A DNA stretch of 63,919 bases, counting the filler, from Phoronis australis (lineage: Eukaryota > Animalia > Phoronida), in the NCBI GenBank assembly GCA_002633005.1. It is 3 parts of 3 records of this genome, joined end to end, with 100 filler letters (N's around TTAATTAATTAA, not from the genome) between each part and the next. Parts side by side here need not be neighbours in the genome. Positions count along the whole stretch, not along the records: positions 31,453 to 62,398 come from NMRA01000115.1; 2 more parts are not named here. One strand, 5' to 3'. The notes beneath the pieces are model-generated. The model did not search any database. It saw only the letters and a list, made by a program, of their open reading frames with translations, and was not told where the DNA came from. Within the stretch, counting starts at the first letter, position 1; every line of letters starts with the position of its first letter. Shown piece after piece: positions 38,710-50,908 of the stretch. Made by a program: the position numbers and the translations under genes.

Positions 38710-40525
38710 GTTGTATTGTATTGCATTGTATTTATTTATTTTAGTGACAAGTACAATTAATTCAAACAGCTATAGGTAAAACATTCATAAGAAAGATAAG
38801 TAACCAGCCCAGTTGGGCTTATTAGTCACTTCAACCACACAACTCACATATAGGCCTACCATAAATGCGTCGGTTTCTAAGTTCAAAAGCAGACACAATA
38901 TATTTGGCAAATTGCCTAAGGAAATACTGAAACAGCAGTTTTAACGTATCTAATCTTCTGAAATCTGCGAAGTTCGGGATTTGAAGTGAAACATTACTAA
39001 ACAGAATAGACCTCCGTGAGTTATAAAGAGAACAATCAAACACAAAATGTAGCTCATCCTCCACAGAACCAGAATCACAACACAAGCAAAATCTTTCACT
39101 TACAGGAGTGTTTACATAACGACCAGTTTCCAATTGCAATGGGAGATTTCATGCTCTAAGCTGAGCCAGAAGAGATCGCTCGGAACGAGATAAATTAAGC
39201 TTTATATGCGATTCAGTTAAAAACTCGTGCTTAAATAAAATGTAGGTTCTTAACTTGGGTTTTGTTACAAGAGGCTCAGCCCAAACATGTTTCGAATATT
39301 CAGATAGTTTGTTTCTAGCATCTACTATGTTACAAGTAGTCAAATTTTGAAAACAGGATTGCATACCAGATATGTTAAACAAATGTTTGATTCAGGCCTA
39401 TCCAACCATTCCTACCAACAGAGTAGTCCCATAGAAATACCTTCTTCAGTAACCTATCACCATCTTTGGTCACTAGTTTGTTCCAAAGACGCAGCATATT
39501 CAATTTAAATCTATTTCCGGTGAAGCGCCACTCCATATCGCGACTAACAGCATGAGTGACTGTAAATCGGTTGACACCTAAATAAAAACGCATAGCTCTG
39601 TTTTGAATATTTTCATCATTACCAAAATTTTTGTAACCCCGAACAGATGACCCGTAATCCAAAATTGGTGCCACACAAGAAATAAATAATGTTTTAAACG
39701 TGAACTTTAAAACAATAACAGAATGATCTGGTGCTTTACATCTTGGCCCAATCAATGCGTGGATATCTAACATATCAATAATATCAGAAGTCTTTGTAAC
39801 AGAAAACGATACGCAATTCTTCAAATTATTTTGGTCAGTTAAAATATAATCTACAACGGCATTTCCTCTAGCCGAGACAGAGGTGGAGTTGTCAAATTCT
39901 GGAGTAATTCTGTCATTAACAATAGCCAATTTCGAGTCTTTCTCCAAGTCAAAAAAGCATCACCAAATCGATTGGTCTGGAAATCTATCATCTGTGTTGG
40001 GCCTATTTCGTCAATATCCTGAATGAAATCTAGTTTGTTGCCTGTTCTTGCGTTAAAGTCCCCACAAATGAAGAAATTGTCAACATCACTAAAGTTATAC
40101 AATTGATTGATGAGATGAGAAGAAATGTCATCAATGTTCTTACTTCTACTTGAACCCACGGGAGGAAAGTATCATGTAAATATAAAACAAGTTCCAGACA
40201 TAATACTTGTAAACTTTACCCGTAGAATGCCACCATCAAAGGCCTTATCAATAACACTTATACCAAATTTATCAAACATGTGTGTTATAAGCATACCAAC
40301 ACCCCCCAGAGCCTCTGGGTGCACTAATGTGCAAATTTTCACGGTTGCAACCAAGAAATCGGTATCCTTCGACTAGGATGATATCGTTAGGACATTAATG
40401 TGTCTCATTCAGGGAAACAACATCACAGTTAAATTGGTGGATTGCTAGTTTTCGCAAAGCATTATTGTGAACCGACCACCCAATGATATTCCAATGAGCT
40501 ATCGAGAATTCGAAGGAACTGGGCT
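38710..40525 (-). mobile_element. RTE-X-like LINE ORF2 relic: APE endonuclease fused to the C-terminal region, RT core missing
   Basis: Minus strand: HWNIIGW, NETH, ICGDFNAR, VVDYIL, DHSVI, then directly LFISCVAPILDYGS, QNRAMRFYLGV, KPKLRTY, LAQLR, LETGRY..C..C...VEDELHF..DC; 3' tail AATAAA plus (TACAA)n at 38710-38740. Confidence 0.88.
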
Positions 40526-42461
40526 AGGGGACCTATGACTCGCATCCCACAAATCAGCGCTTTGGAACAAGCCCTAGTCGTTCTTCGTTATCCGCAAAAA
40601 ATCCAATTTTCTGCAGTAAACTTGTTCATGATTGCAGTTAGCGATTTTCAGGTGACTTTATTATCTTTATACAGTGAAAATTTGCAGTTCACGCGAAACA
40701 CTTTCCAATGTATTTGTCATCGATGTCAAAGGTGTATAAGTCTATCTTCGCTCAAAAGGTGTGTCGTGGATTTATGTGCGGGCACGACCAAATACAAAAA
40801 CTAACTTCTGAACTAGACTGTTTATGCTACAAAACAGGCCTCATTGAGCTCCTTGCTCAGCAGATTACGAATTGATGCACGAAAAGCAAGCGGGTTTTAT
40901 AAAGAGATATTGCACCATAAATTAGATATTTACGCTATAAGGTATGGCTCAAAATATGCATTAAAAATCAAGAGGTCGCTTCTGTTATTGCTACGTCGAT
41001 TTTCCAAATGCCTTTGATCCCGTCCTCCATATTCTCTTGTGGTACAAACTACAGGAGATAGGCGTACATGGCAAAATACTACTGAATGTCCTCAAATCAG
41101 TAAAATAAAATATTGTGTTAGAACGGACACTGGTTTCTCTGATTTTTTTGTTGTTGTTTTTAAAAATTCTAAAGGAACACGTAATGACTGCATGTTAAGT
41201 TCTTTTCCATTTATAATATATGTAGAATTTATTGCAAACGTAAGATGCAAATAGACGTTCAGAATGAGATCTAGTACTATGTAAAATCGACGCAGGATGT
41301 CACTGCACGCAATCTAATTTGTACATGTACTTGCTGGAGACTGGCAAAACGGTCTCTGCTGAATGTAATTATGATGCTAAAGAGATCGATAGTAAATTAT
41401 AAATGAACCCGTGCAATGCACAAATTTATTTTTCACTCCTTTGCGAATCTCGAAAAAGCTTGTCTCTTTTCTCGATTAATTCGTTCAACAGTTACTAAGT
41501 GCGCCACAGTTTGGCACATTAAACACCAGCAATCATAACTGACAGCCGTTGCAATCGATAATCGACTATTGTCCAGCATTCCAAATGATATTTCAATGTA
41601 CGAACTAATTTGTACTCACAAACTATTGATTACTTAAAACTGGTTTTTAGACTAGACAACCGATCTTTCAAAACGTGTTTTTCTTCCGCTGAACCATTGA
41701 ATTGTTTACTTGTGTTTAAAAGGTTGGTTGAAGTGCAATATTCTGAAAGGAAATGAAGGGAAGAAATAGAATTGAGCTAACAGTATCCTAAAAATATCCA
41801 TACCGGAATAGCTTATTCACCTGGCCATTGAATAACAGTGGAGAGCTAATTCATTGAAAGTAAAATTGACTTGTGATTGTCTTTATTTTGCTTTGTTGTT
41901 TAGCGTTGTCTACTTATTTTAAAGCACGCGTTCGCATTTCAATGTGATCTCGAAAATTACTCTTTTCGATTTTTCGTCTGTTTATTGTAACGAGCTAATT
42001 ATTTTTTCAAGCGCTTTCTGTCAGAAAGACAATCTTTTGCCTTTGCATATATGAGCAGCAGGATCTAGCCTATCCGAATCAATAAAGAATTGTCAGTTTA
42101 TTCCTAGTTCAGTAATATGAGTATATTCAAGATGGTTGAAGAGTCTAGAGTCTCGTGTAAACACACGATTCCACAACTTCATTTGGTATAGTAAATAAAC
42201 CCCATGTAAGTGAACGGGAAAGTAAGGCCTGTTAAAACCAATAGTCTTTCAAAAGATATCGCTGGATTGTAAAAAGGCTGCAAATACGGTTATTCTCTAT
42301 ATATTGATTTTTACAAACTCAGTTTTTTGTTCTGGGAACAATCTATGCTTAATTTTGGAGCGCAATGTAAGAGGAAGTCGAATTTGTCGGTAAAAATCCG
42401 GTACTTTTTCAGCTCGACGTATTCATGAAGCTCTCCTTAGCACCATTGTTCATACTGTTAG

Positions 42462-42530
42462 CATGGGCGGCACAGCATAGGGGTTGGGGGGCTATAACCC
42501 CCCACTTTTTTCAGTGCTGCGCCGCCCATG
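42462..42530. mobile_element. 69-bp hAT-like micro-MITE
   Basis: CATGGGCGGCACAGCA ... TGCTGCGCCGCCCATG with 5-bp TSD GTTAG on both sides. Confidence 0.75.
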
Positions 42531-42939
42531 GTTAGTTAGTTCTCGATACAGTTCTAAGTTATGGTCATCACCAACTCTGACATCGGTTTACCAGCAAAGC
42601 CGAAATCCGAGAGATAAAAACTTACTTCGCAAATAATCTGAATGTTTATGTGTCCATGTGTCCAAGAACCCCACAGCATTCACGCACTGCTACCATAAAT
42701 ATATCATCAAGCATTGTTTTTGACATTCACATGTTATATTTAGAGAAATCTACGCCTTCATGGAGCGCAAAGTAAAAATCGCCCAGTTCTCTGCCAAGTT
42801 ACCGTTCACGCGCTACACATGCCCAACACGAAACCGTGGACTCGTTTACAGACCGACAATCTTAGCATGGCACAGAACTCTACCCTTGGAATGCCACTTT
42901 CGATCTCGCACTGCTCAGGTTAGGCCGCGCATGCGTGTA

Positions 42940-44070
42940 ATTCTTTTGTATTCCTCTGTGCCGGTGTTAGTTCTTGTTATAGAATTAGCAGTGACTAAAA
43001 CTTTTTGCAACTCTGCCGTTTTTCAACCGACAAAGATTTTAGAATGGCCTCACCGTTGCTGTGAAAAATTTAATCAGTTATTCATTCAACATTATACATT
43101 TTTATGTATTAATTGGGTCTTTAGTGCCGTTTGATTAAATTACATTCTTCAGTAAAAACTCAGGATGCAATGGCATTTACAAGAAAAATGGTTATAATAA
43201 ACTATTAATAGCAGATAATTGTTTCTGGTAGATAAAAAATGGACAAACATCTAGTATGCGGCTTTGAAATGTACTGTGAATAGCCCTTAACATTTCTTGT
43301 GTTTATGACTTGGAAGTTTAGAAATAAACTCTTTTCTTCAGTAAGTAAAAATTAGTGATCTTGATACCTGTAGTTTATGTTACCGTAAAGAAGTGATATA
43401 CACACTTTAAGATTGTCACGTAACTTAAGAAAGTGGACTTTGGAAAACAACAATATTCGTAACAAAAAGCCAATTTTACTTTGAACTCCCGTGTTCCATA
43501 GTTATCACCGTAAGCATTTGAGTGGATTGAATCACGGGGCTTTAGGATAAAAAACGGTTCTGAGCCAAAACGCAAGGGTGAACTGTTGGCCGTAACACAC
43601 AAAAACGTCCCGACTGCGTAAAACTCAAAAGGTGCCCTACGGCGTTTTTTTTTGAATTTTTAGTCGAACCGGAAAGTGCGAGTGTCGCAAAACTCATGAG
43701 ACATCCCGTTCTTTTCTATTTGGTCGAACGGGAAAATATGGCCATGTGGTGCGGGAAATTTGAATACTGATGATGATAAATTATATCAATTTTTTCGTGT
43801 ATCAAAAAGCGGGACATTGTGATGGTGTGACGGGATGGCGTGAAAATTTCAATACGTGAGGCAGTCCGCCAAAAGCGGGGCAGTTGGCAAGAACATTGTA
43901 CGATGTCAGCAACACAAAATATTAGATTGGATTCATATACAAGGTAAACTTTTCATTTTTTATATTTTATTTCACGATTATAGGAAATACTACAGCTAAT
44001 AGTTCTGCTCAGATATCGAATTAATAAAAACGGCATCTGGGTAACTTGTAACATTGCACAAATGGATTAT
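42940..44070 (-). repeat. Dispersed repeat, copy B (inverted)
   Basis: For example AATTAATACATAAAAATGTATAAT (about 32210) pairs with ATTATACATTTTTATGTATTAATT (about 43091); followed by (CA)n at 44100-44185. Confidence 0.75.
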
Positions 44071-45869
44071 TGAAAACAGTTAATCTTGCACTCACACGTA
44101 CAATGTACCACACACGCGCGAGGGCGCGCGTGTACACGTACACACGCGTACACACGCACACACACGCGCACACACACACACACACTTGTTAGTAGGACGT
44201 AAACATTTCATTTACAATAAATTGCAGAAGAACACTTAGAAAACAAATGTCATGTTTTTCCGTAAAATACTGTTACATGATTTTAACAAACAAAATGTCT
44301 TCTTGAAAATCTCCTGTTCTATAGTTTGACAGGCTGTTGAAAGTGACTGCAACTGAAAAGATATCAGGGGCCAGACTACTCCCGGCATCCAGCCTGGGCC
44401 ACGGGCTAGTGTGTATAATAAATGACCGGTGTAATTGCCGGGTTTGCAGGCCCGTACCCAGCATTGCGAGGGGGTGATTCGAATTTCTAGAACGGTGGAC
44501 CTTTGATATTTTGCAAACGTCTTCACTGTAGAGTTCTCTGTAAGGCCCTTGACGCAGCTTAATTAGGGGGCTTTTAGCTCTACGTTCCTGAGATAAGACG
44601 AAATTTGTAATATCAGAAATCAGGATAAAGTAACGGTTGCTCGCGAAGAACGCAACTCAACTTGGGATGTAATGAGGCCTATAAAGTATCGCTGGCCTTA
44701 CCGTTGAAAGTGACGCGCGTAATTACGTGCGAGACTTCGCTCGTATTTTACGACCGAAATCGTTTTACATGTATCTAATGAGAAATTGGTTTGTGAGCTC
44801 TGAAACAGTTGTGCGCTTGTAATATTACACTCGTATTTTTCGCTCGTAGTTTTACGTTCGTAATTTTACGCTCGTGTTTTTCACAGGTTCTGAAGTATTC
44901 AGGAGGTAAAATCTCAGGTGCAAAGTATAAAAGTGCAAAAGGTTGAAAATATCAAAGACTGACTGAAATGTTTTTAATTGCTACCCAAACCATCCCAGGC
45001 ACTTGAAATTTGTCCGTTTTAGTACACATTGATGTGCCAAAATGTATATGTAGCAGGTTGTCTGGCAATGCTTTTATATGATTCGTTAAAATAACCAAGC
45101 TTTTTTCAATTATTTAGGTAAAGTTTCATTCTTTTACCCTTCACAATAGAACTGATTAAACACTCGACACTTTTCGTTGTTGATAGTCTTTATTCCGTTT
45201 CGTTCCGTACGGAATAAAAAATCTACTCTCAACGGAACATAGATGAAGTAACTGACCTAGCGACATAATTAAAAAGTACACTATATTTCGAAATATACTT
45301 GTTTCATTCTCAAGTGGATATAAAACGTCGCAGTAATGCCACCACAGAACATAAGCTGGAGACATACACAGTGGGACACGGCAGGTGTGAAATACTGCAA
45401 AGACTAACAATAGGAGGAAGCAGTGTGTCCTAGTATGATACATGTAAGTGCCAGCTTTCTTTACTCGAGGTCGTGGGTTGTTCCCACTGGGTCACATTTC
45501 TAAAACCTTGAGTCATGTTTTTAGCTCCTCAGGTCGGTTTTAATAAAGCATAAATATGGTTCCAGGTCATCAGTGCAATGGGTCCACCTGCGCACGCCTG
45601 GTACAACGTGTATCAGACCGCCTGCAATTATTTTTTACTCTTAACAATGCGTGCAGATGACATGTGACATTGTGAAAAACATTGGTTCAAAACGGTTTTA
45701 GGGGGTTATGCAGTAAAATTTTAAATGTTGTTGGTAAATCACTCACTCTTTATTCGAGACATTTGAATAACAAACCATTTGCATAACAAAAACAGTACCA
45801 ACGGCGTATTAATTTAATGGGTGGTGGTCTCGTGGACTCGTACTTAAATATAATGACTATACTTGCTAA

Positions 45870-46160
45870 TATTACGAGCGTAAAACTTCTTTAGAGCTCA
45901 CGTGACCTGCAAACCAATTTCTTATTGGATATAGCGATTTCGGTCGTAAAACACCAGCGAAGTCTTGGATGTAATCACGAGCGTAATTATGGACGAAAGA
46001 TTTCGGTCTTTAAACACGAAAGAAGTCTCGGTCGAATCACGAGCGTCATTATAGACAAACGATTTCGACCTGAAAACACTAGCGAAGTCTCGGTCGTGAT
46101 TACGAGCGTAATTATGGGCGAATAATTTCGGTCGTAAAACACGAGTGACATCTTGGTCGT
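45870..46160 (+). repeat. About 62-bp tandem repeat with an inverted partner at 44720-44880
   Basis: Recurring GATTTCGGTCGTAAAACAC..GCGAAGTCTCGGTCG..ATCACGAGCGTAATT. Confidence 0.7.
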
Positions 46161-49100
46161 GATTACAGCCGACTATTCCAAAGGTCCACTACTTCGAAGG
46201 TTCACTACTCCGAAGGTTCACTTACTCCGAAAATATCTAAAATTTTGGACCCAGGTGTAATTATTTTACTTTTGCATGCAAAAATAAACTGCACTTCGGT
46301 TATTAGATGCGCTCAGTGTTGTAGCTATACCGAAAACAACGCCTGGGTAATAAAACACTTTATTTGGATTTCATGCGCATGCGAAATTGCCGACATGCCT
46401 TTGAAGAATACGGAAAAATGAGTACCGTACTTCATTCTCTTTTAGAAATGGATGTACGTGACGTACATCCATTTCTAAAAGAGAATGAAGTAGGAATATT
46501 GATGAATTATCAATCACGATACATTTATCAAATCCTTGTCAATGTCGCATTATTTCATAGCGTGACTGAAAGATTTAGGACCAATGCGCCTCAACCTGTC
46601 ACCCACCGGAACCACGCGCATGGCCTTACCGAAACTAAATGTAGTTAGTAGGCTACCTTGTCCCTGCCATTCTTCACAAAGTCGGAGAGTCTCATTCAGG
46701 CTTATGAAATTCAAAACCACCGTTGGTCGCCGCAGCCCTGACCCGCGCCCTAAATGTTGTCCCCGCTTGAGGAGTCGTTACCTAGATTCAAGAATCACCT
46801 TTGGCAGTAATGGGGCGATCGACGAATTTTCCTCGTGGTGTCGCTGCTGTACTAGTGGTGATTGAATTGCGCATGCGTCGCTGTCTGCATGTAAACAGCT
46901 GGTAAAAAGAAGGAGTTGTTATCAAAATACGTCGTCGCGCTAAGCCTTGTTATTGCTATTTTCCCGGGTGCAAATCTCCGACAGGTGGTCAGAAATTCCC
47001 AAAAGGTCTAAGGTTACTACAGGCGTAGAGAATTGCGGTCAAAAGGGTCAATAAGTGACAAAAAGTGTGTAGGTGCCGAAGCCTCACGCCCCGTGTGTGC
47101 TCTATGCATTTCCATTAAGAGATTACATAATCACGTTACTTGGTAAATTTTTAGCAATTAGTTTCTGACGACAGCGTTCAGTAATGTTATCAACATCAGT
47201 TACCCCACTGAATAACGGGTTTATTCAATGGAACTAGGTGTTTCTTTTCGGAATTCCACCCGGGACCCAGATGGTGGGCTACCAGCATACATTGTCCTGG
47301 GTGGGAGTGCTCCCAATATACATGTAAAAGGTGTACGGGAGGTGCCGCTCAATAGTCTAGGGTGACTTTTTCACAGCAGTTACTCTTCAGAACTATGATA
47401 TGTCCAATAAAATTCTCTATATGAGTGAGTTTCCTTATTTTATAGCGGACCCCATCCCCAGGACTATCAGATTAGTTACCGAATTAACACGACTGAGCTA
47501 TTCGGTAAATTCGTAATATTGTATTGGAATAAATATTGACTTCTAGAATGAATTTTATTTGTTGAGATCAGAAACACAGTTTAGGTGTCATGAAAAATAC
47601 GCATTCTTAAATCACTTTTAGCCTGTTTCACATGTTTTAATTCAGATTTTAAATAAGACTTAGGTACAAAGATTATTAGCTTCTACATACAAACATGAAG
47701 ATGAAATGTCAAGTATGTTCTGCCTTACAAAAGTAGTTTTGTGTTGTGTTTTCTTTTATAATTTGCTAATATTTCTCTGACTATTCTGTTACAGGTAAGA
47801 GAAAACAATTGAAACCAGCCGCCTTAGCGTTTATTTTACCTTTCGACAAAGTGAAAAGCAGTCATTCAGGAATAACCTGAGAGAATTGAACCTCTCAAGT
47901 CAGAAAGTCAACCCTTGATATCCCTGATTATCTACTCTTTGCATTGGTAAAATTACAATTGTTTTTAACAATGTTGTTCCTTTTTATGCATGTGGTTGTT
48001 CAGTTTGCCATTTTGTTTTTAAATACACTGATAATTGTTTATTCTCGAATCTTGTGCATAGCAGATTCTTATCCATCTAGCTACGATTGAAAATATAATT
48101 TACTTGCATGTGGAACTTTTGTTATAGGCAGGTTAACAAAAAACTTAAAACTGTTCAAAGGCCTTCTTAAGAAAGCTCTAACATTAGTTTCAAACATAAA
48201 AAATCAAATGCAAACAAAGGGAATACTTCGTTTTGATCGCCGGACATTTCTATGGGTTAACAGGAAAATGATAATTCGCAAGAGTAATCAGTAATCATTT
48301 CAGCTTTATAAAGAATAAGCACAACTGCACAGTATGGGGCTTTAAAACTGAAGAAATACTGTGGTTTGAATAATTAGTGACAAACTTGCCTGTTGATGAA
48401 AAAAATATTAGATCATCAAAGTGTAACATTATCGGGCTTTTTACTAACAACAAGACAATCGATGCAGTCACTGAATGTCATTTCCGCATAATGTGTACCA
48501 AATTGAAAAGCTTTTACCATTAGTATAAAGCCTTTCTTCTGAGAGGAAAAGTTAATGTCAGGTATTTATACCACATGCCTTGGTTTTCATTTCACTGGGA
48601 TCTAGTTTCAGTGTCCTATATAAGCGCATGTAAAAACGGCCCAGTTTTGGCACGTGGCAGTTCTTCATGTAACCTCATGAAGCATCAAGAACATTCACAA
48701 TTAGATCTTGGAAGTTAAACACAAGCATATCACTTAACTCGCTCTGTGCCCAAAATCTGACCCTGAACTAGACCAGAGTGTTACTAAGTCTTCCTTAGCT
48801 TCAGTCCCTTATGTTTCTTCCAGGAAAGGAAATAAGTCGTTGCTGTCTCATTGCCTATGAAAGTGCATCCTAACCAACGAGGCTGGCTGGTGTAGCAGTC
48901 AGAAAAAGTTCCTCTTCACGCACAAACAATCCACTGGCACATTTCCTTATGGTAACTTAGTATTGCGATTCACATTTCCCCAGGGCCACTGGCTTGTACA
49001 TTGTGCCATGCAGCACTGCTGGTGTGTGGACATGATGTGGGAAGAGAAAGGATTAACAAAGCTCGTCTATGTTGCGGCTTGAAGTGCCCTTAAAAATGTC

Positions 49101-50908
49101 ACTGAAACTGGAACAAATAGTGAAACATGAATGATTAATACTTCCGGTTGGGTAAAAAAATGTTGCCAATCATTTGTCTGCAAATTATGCAAGTTATTTG
49201 AGACAACTTCAAACCTTTGTCACTCATTTCCAAGCCTTTTTATTTCTGATACTTTCAGCAATTTTAAACACCTATTACATATTTATGGGTCTGTCAAGTT
49301 CACTTCTGCTCTAAGGCTGAGGGAACCGTTTCTCAGATTTTTCATTTTTCTTCTAATATAAGATATGAAGACTTGGGTCGTTTAAAAAATGATGGATAAT
49401 CTTTCTGTTGTTTGAGAGTAATTACAAATCCTAAGGAACCATTGCTTGCGTATTGACAGTAGAAATATTATGTTCAAATACGACCTCACTCGTATGTTCA
49501 CAGCAAAAATGCAATTTTCAAGAAAAATGGCAGTCATATGAATTCATAAATGACTTGCAACATTTCAAGGCATGAGTTAAGACTGTTCAGTCATTGAGAA
49601 TTCGGAAAATGTAATATATTTTATGGGTTTACAATGGATAGCGAAACAATTTCATGAAACTTGAAAGAACTTCATGAAGGTTAAGAATTACCTCACCATG
49701 CTCTCTCCCCCGGACACTATTAGCTGTTATTTCCACACATTCAGTTGCACCAAATTTAACAAACCCAACCCTCTATGCCTACCTCCCCGCGCTAAGGACC
49801 TGAATATTAAGCAAATTAACAAAACAACTTACAAAACTTTCTTTAAAAATAGCTGTCCCTTTTCAAAGGCTTTGTTCTTTGTCTCAGGTACGGAAAGAAG
49901 GCTTTGACAACAGATCTCCACCGGATAGGAATATCTTGCTGGTTAGCTGCAGTCAACTGCTTAAAACCAATTTTTGCCCATTCAGGAACAGTTGCAGAAG
50001 CAATGCATATCTCCTCTGCACGGTACTAGCCCTCAAACCTAAAAACCAAGGTCATGTGAAAACAGACATCATATATTTCCATGTCAACGTGTAATAGATT
50101 TCCAGACGACATAGGATAGGTAGTAAACTGAAAAAATAATAGTCTGATGGATATTTGCCGCGTACATGGGCTTGGATTGTAATCTTACCGCTCTAACCAA
50201 TATCCAGTTGACAGCATACACATTCAGCATTGATTGATGGAACTGTCACTGATAAAGCTGTTAGAAATCATTCCAATCATTAATAATACTGCTTTGATGT
50301 ACGAAAAGATCCCGAGTGCTACGTCAAGTATCATAACACACATCACAACAAACAATGATTAACCCGACGCGCGAGCTGCCGCGAAGTCGACGTCGGCCAG
50401 TACCTCAGTAACGTAAACATGGAATAATCGTTAAAACAATCACAAACCTTACCGTCTATAAATTCATGCTTACTTCCTCTCGAAGAAGCACCCTTTTCAC
50501 GAAATCTCAGATTCAGTTGGCACAGCTACAAGCCATTTCACCATGTATTGAAGGGCTCGCGAAATCGAGGCTGCTTAATCTATCACCACTAGTACACGCT
50601 CGCCCTCTAGTAATGTAAAGATTGTCAAATAGCCCCATTGGAACTGAGCTCATTTGTAAACAATGTAACCAATGTTTTAATAACTATTCAATTCTTGCAC
50701 ACCCTTAAAATGGTTACTAAATGGACTCAAATAAAAAACTTTTATTCATGTCAGTTCATTAGCAGACAATCAGAGTAACGGAATTCTGGTTTCGGAATTG
50801 TAAACGTTCGGCGAAGAAAAGAACTTTCGAAGGTAACCTTCGGAGTGGTGAACCTTGAGAGTAGTGAATTTTCGGAGTACTGAACCCTCGGAATAGTGAC
50901 ATGTAACC
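46161..50908. mobile_element. Foldback-like element with 16-17-bp subterminal repeats
   Basis: (CACTACTCCGAAGGTT)n at 46170-46230 and its reverse complement at 50790-50900; imperfect TIR; TSD not convincing. Confidence 0.55.
46812..50636 (+). mobile_element. ISL2EU-like transposon relic with THAP (+) and SAP-like (-) exons
   Basis: AT|GGGGC ... GCCCC|AT ends with inverted subterminal GTACTAGTGGTGAT; THAP remnant CYFPGC..KFPK..A*RIAVKR..VCSMHF (46950-47115) and LKPAALAFILP (about 47810); minus-strand QLNLRFREKGASSRGSKHEFID followed by a GTAAG donor (50453-50520). Confidence 0.72.

Noticed and set aside
45465-45500. tRNA B-box-like GGTCGTGGGTTGTTCCCAC
   Set aside because: No A-box or cloverleaf; at most a SINE remnant.
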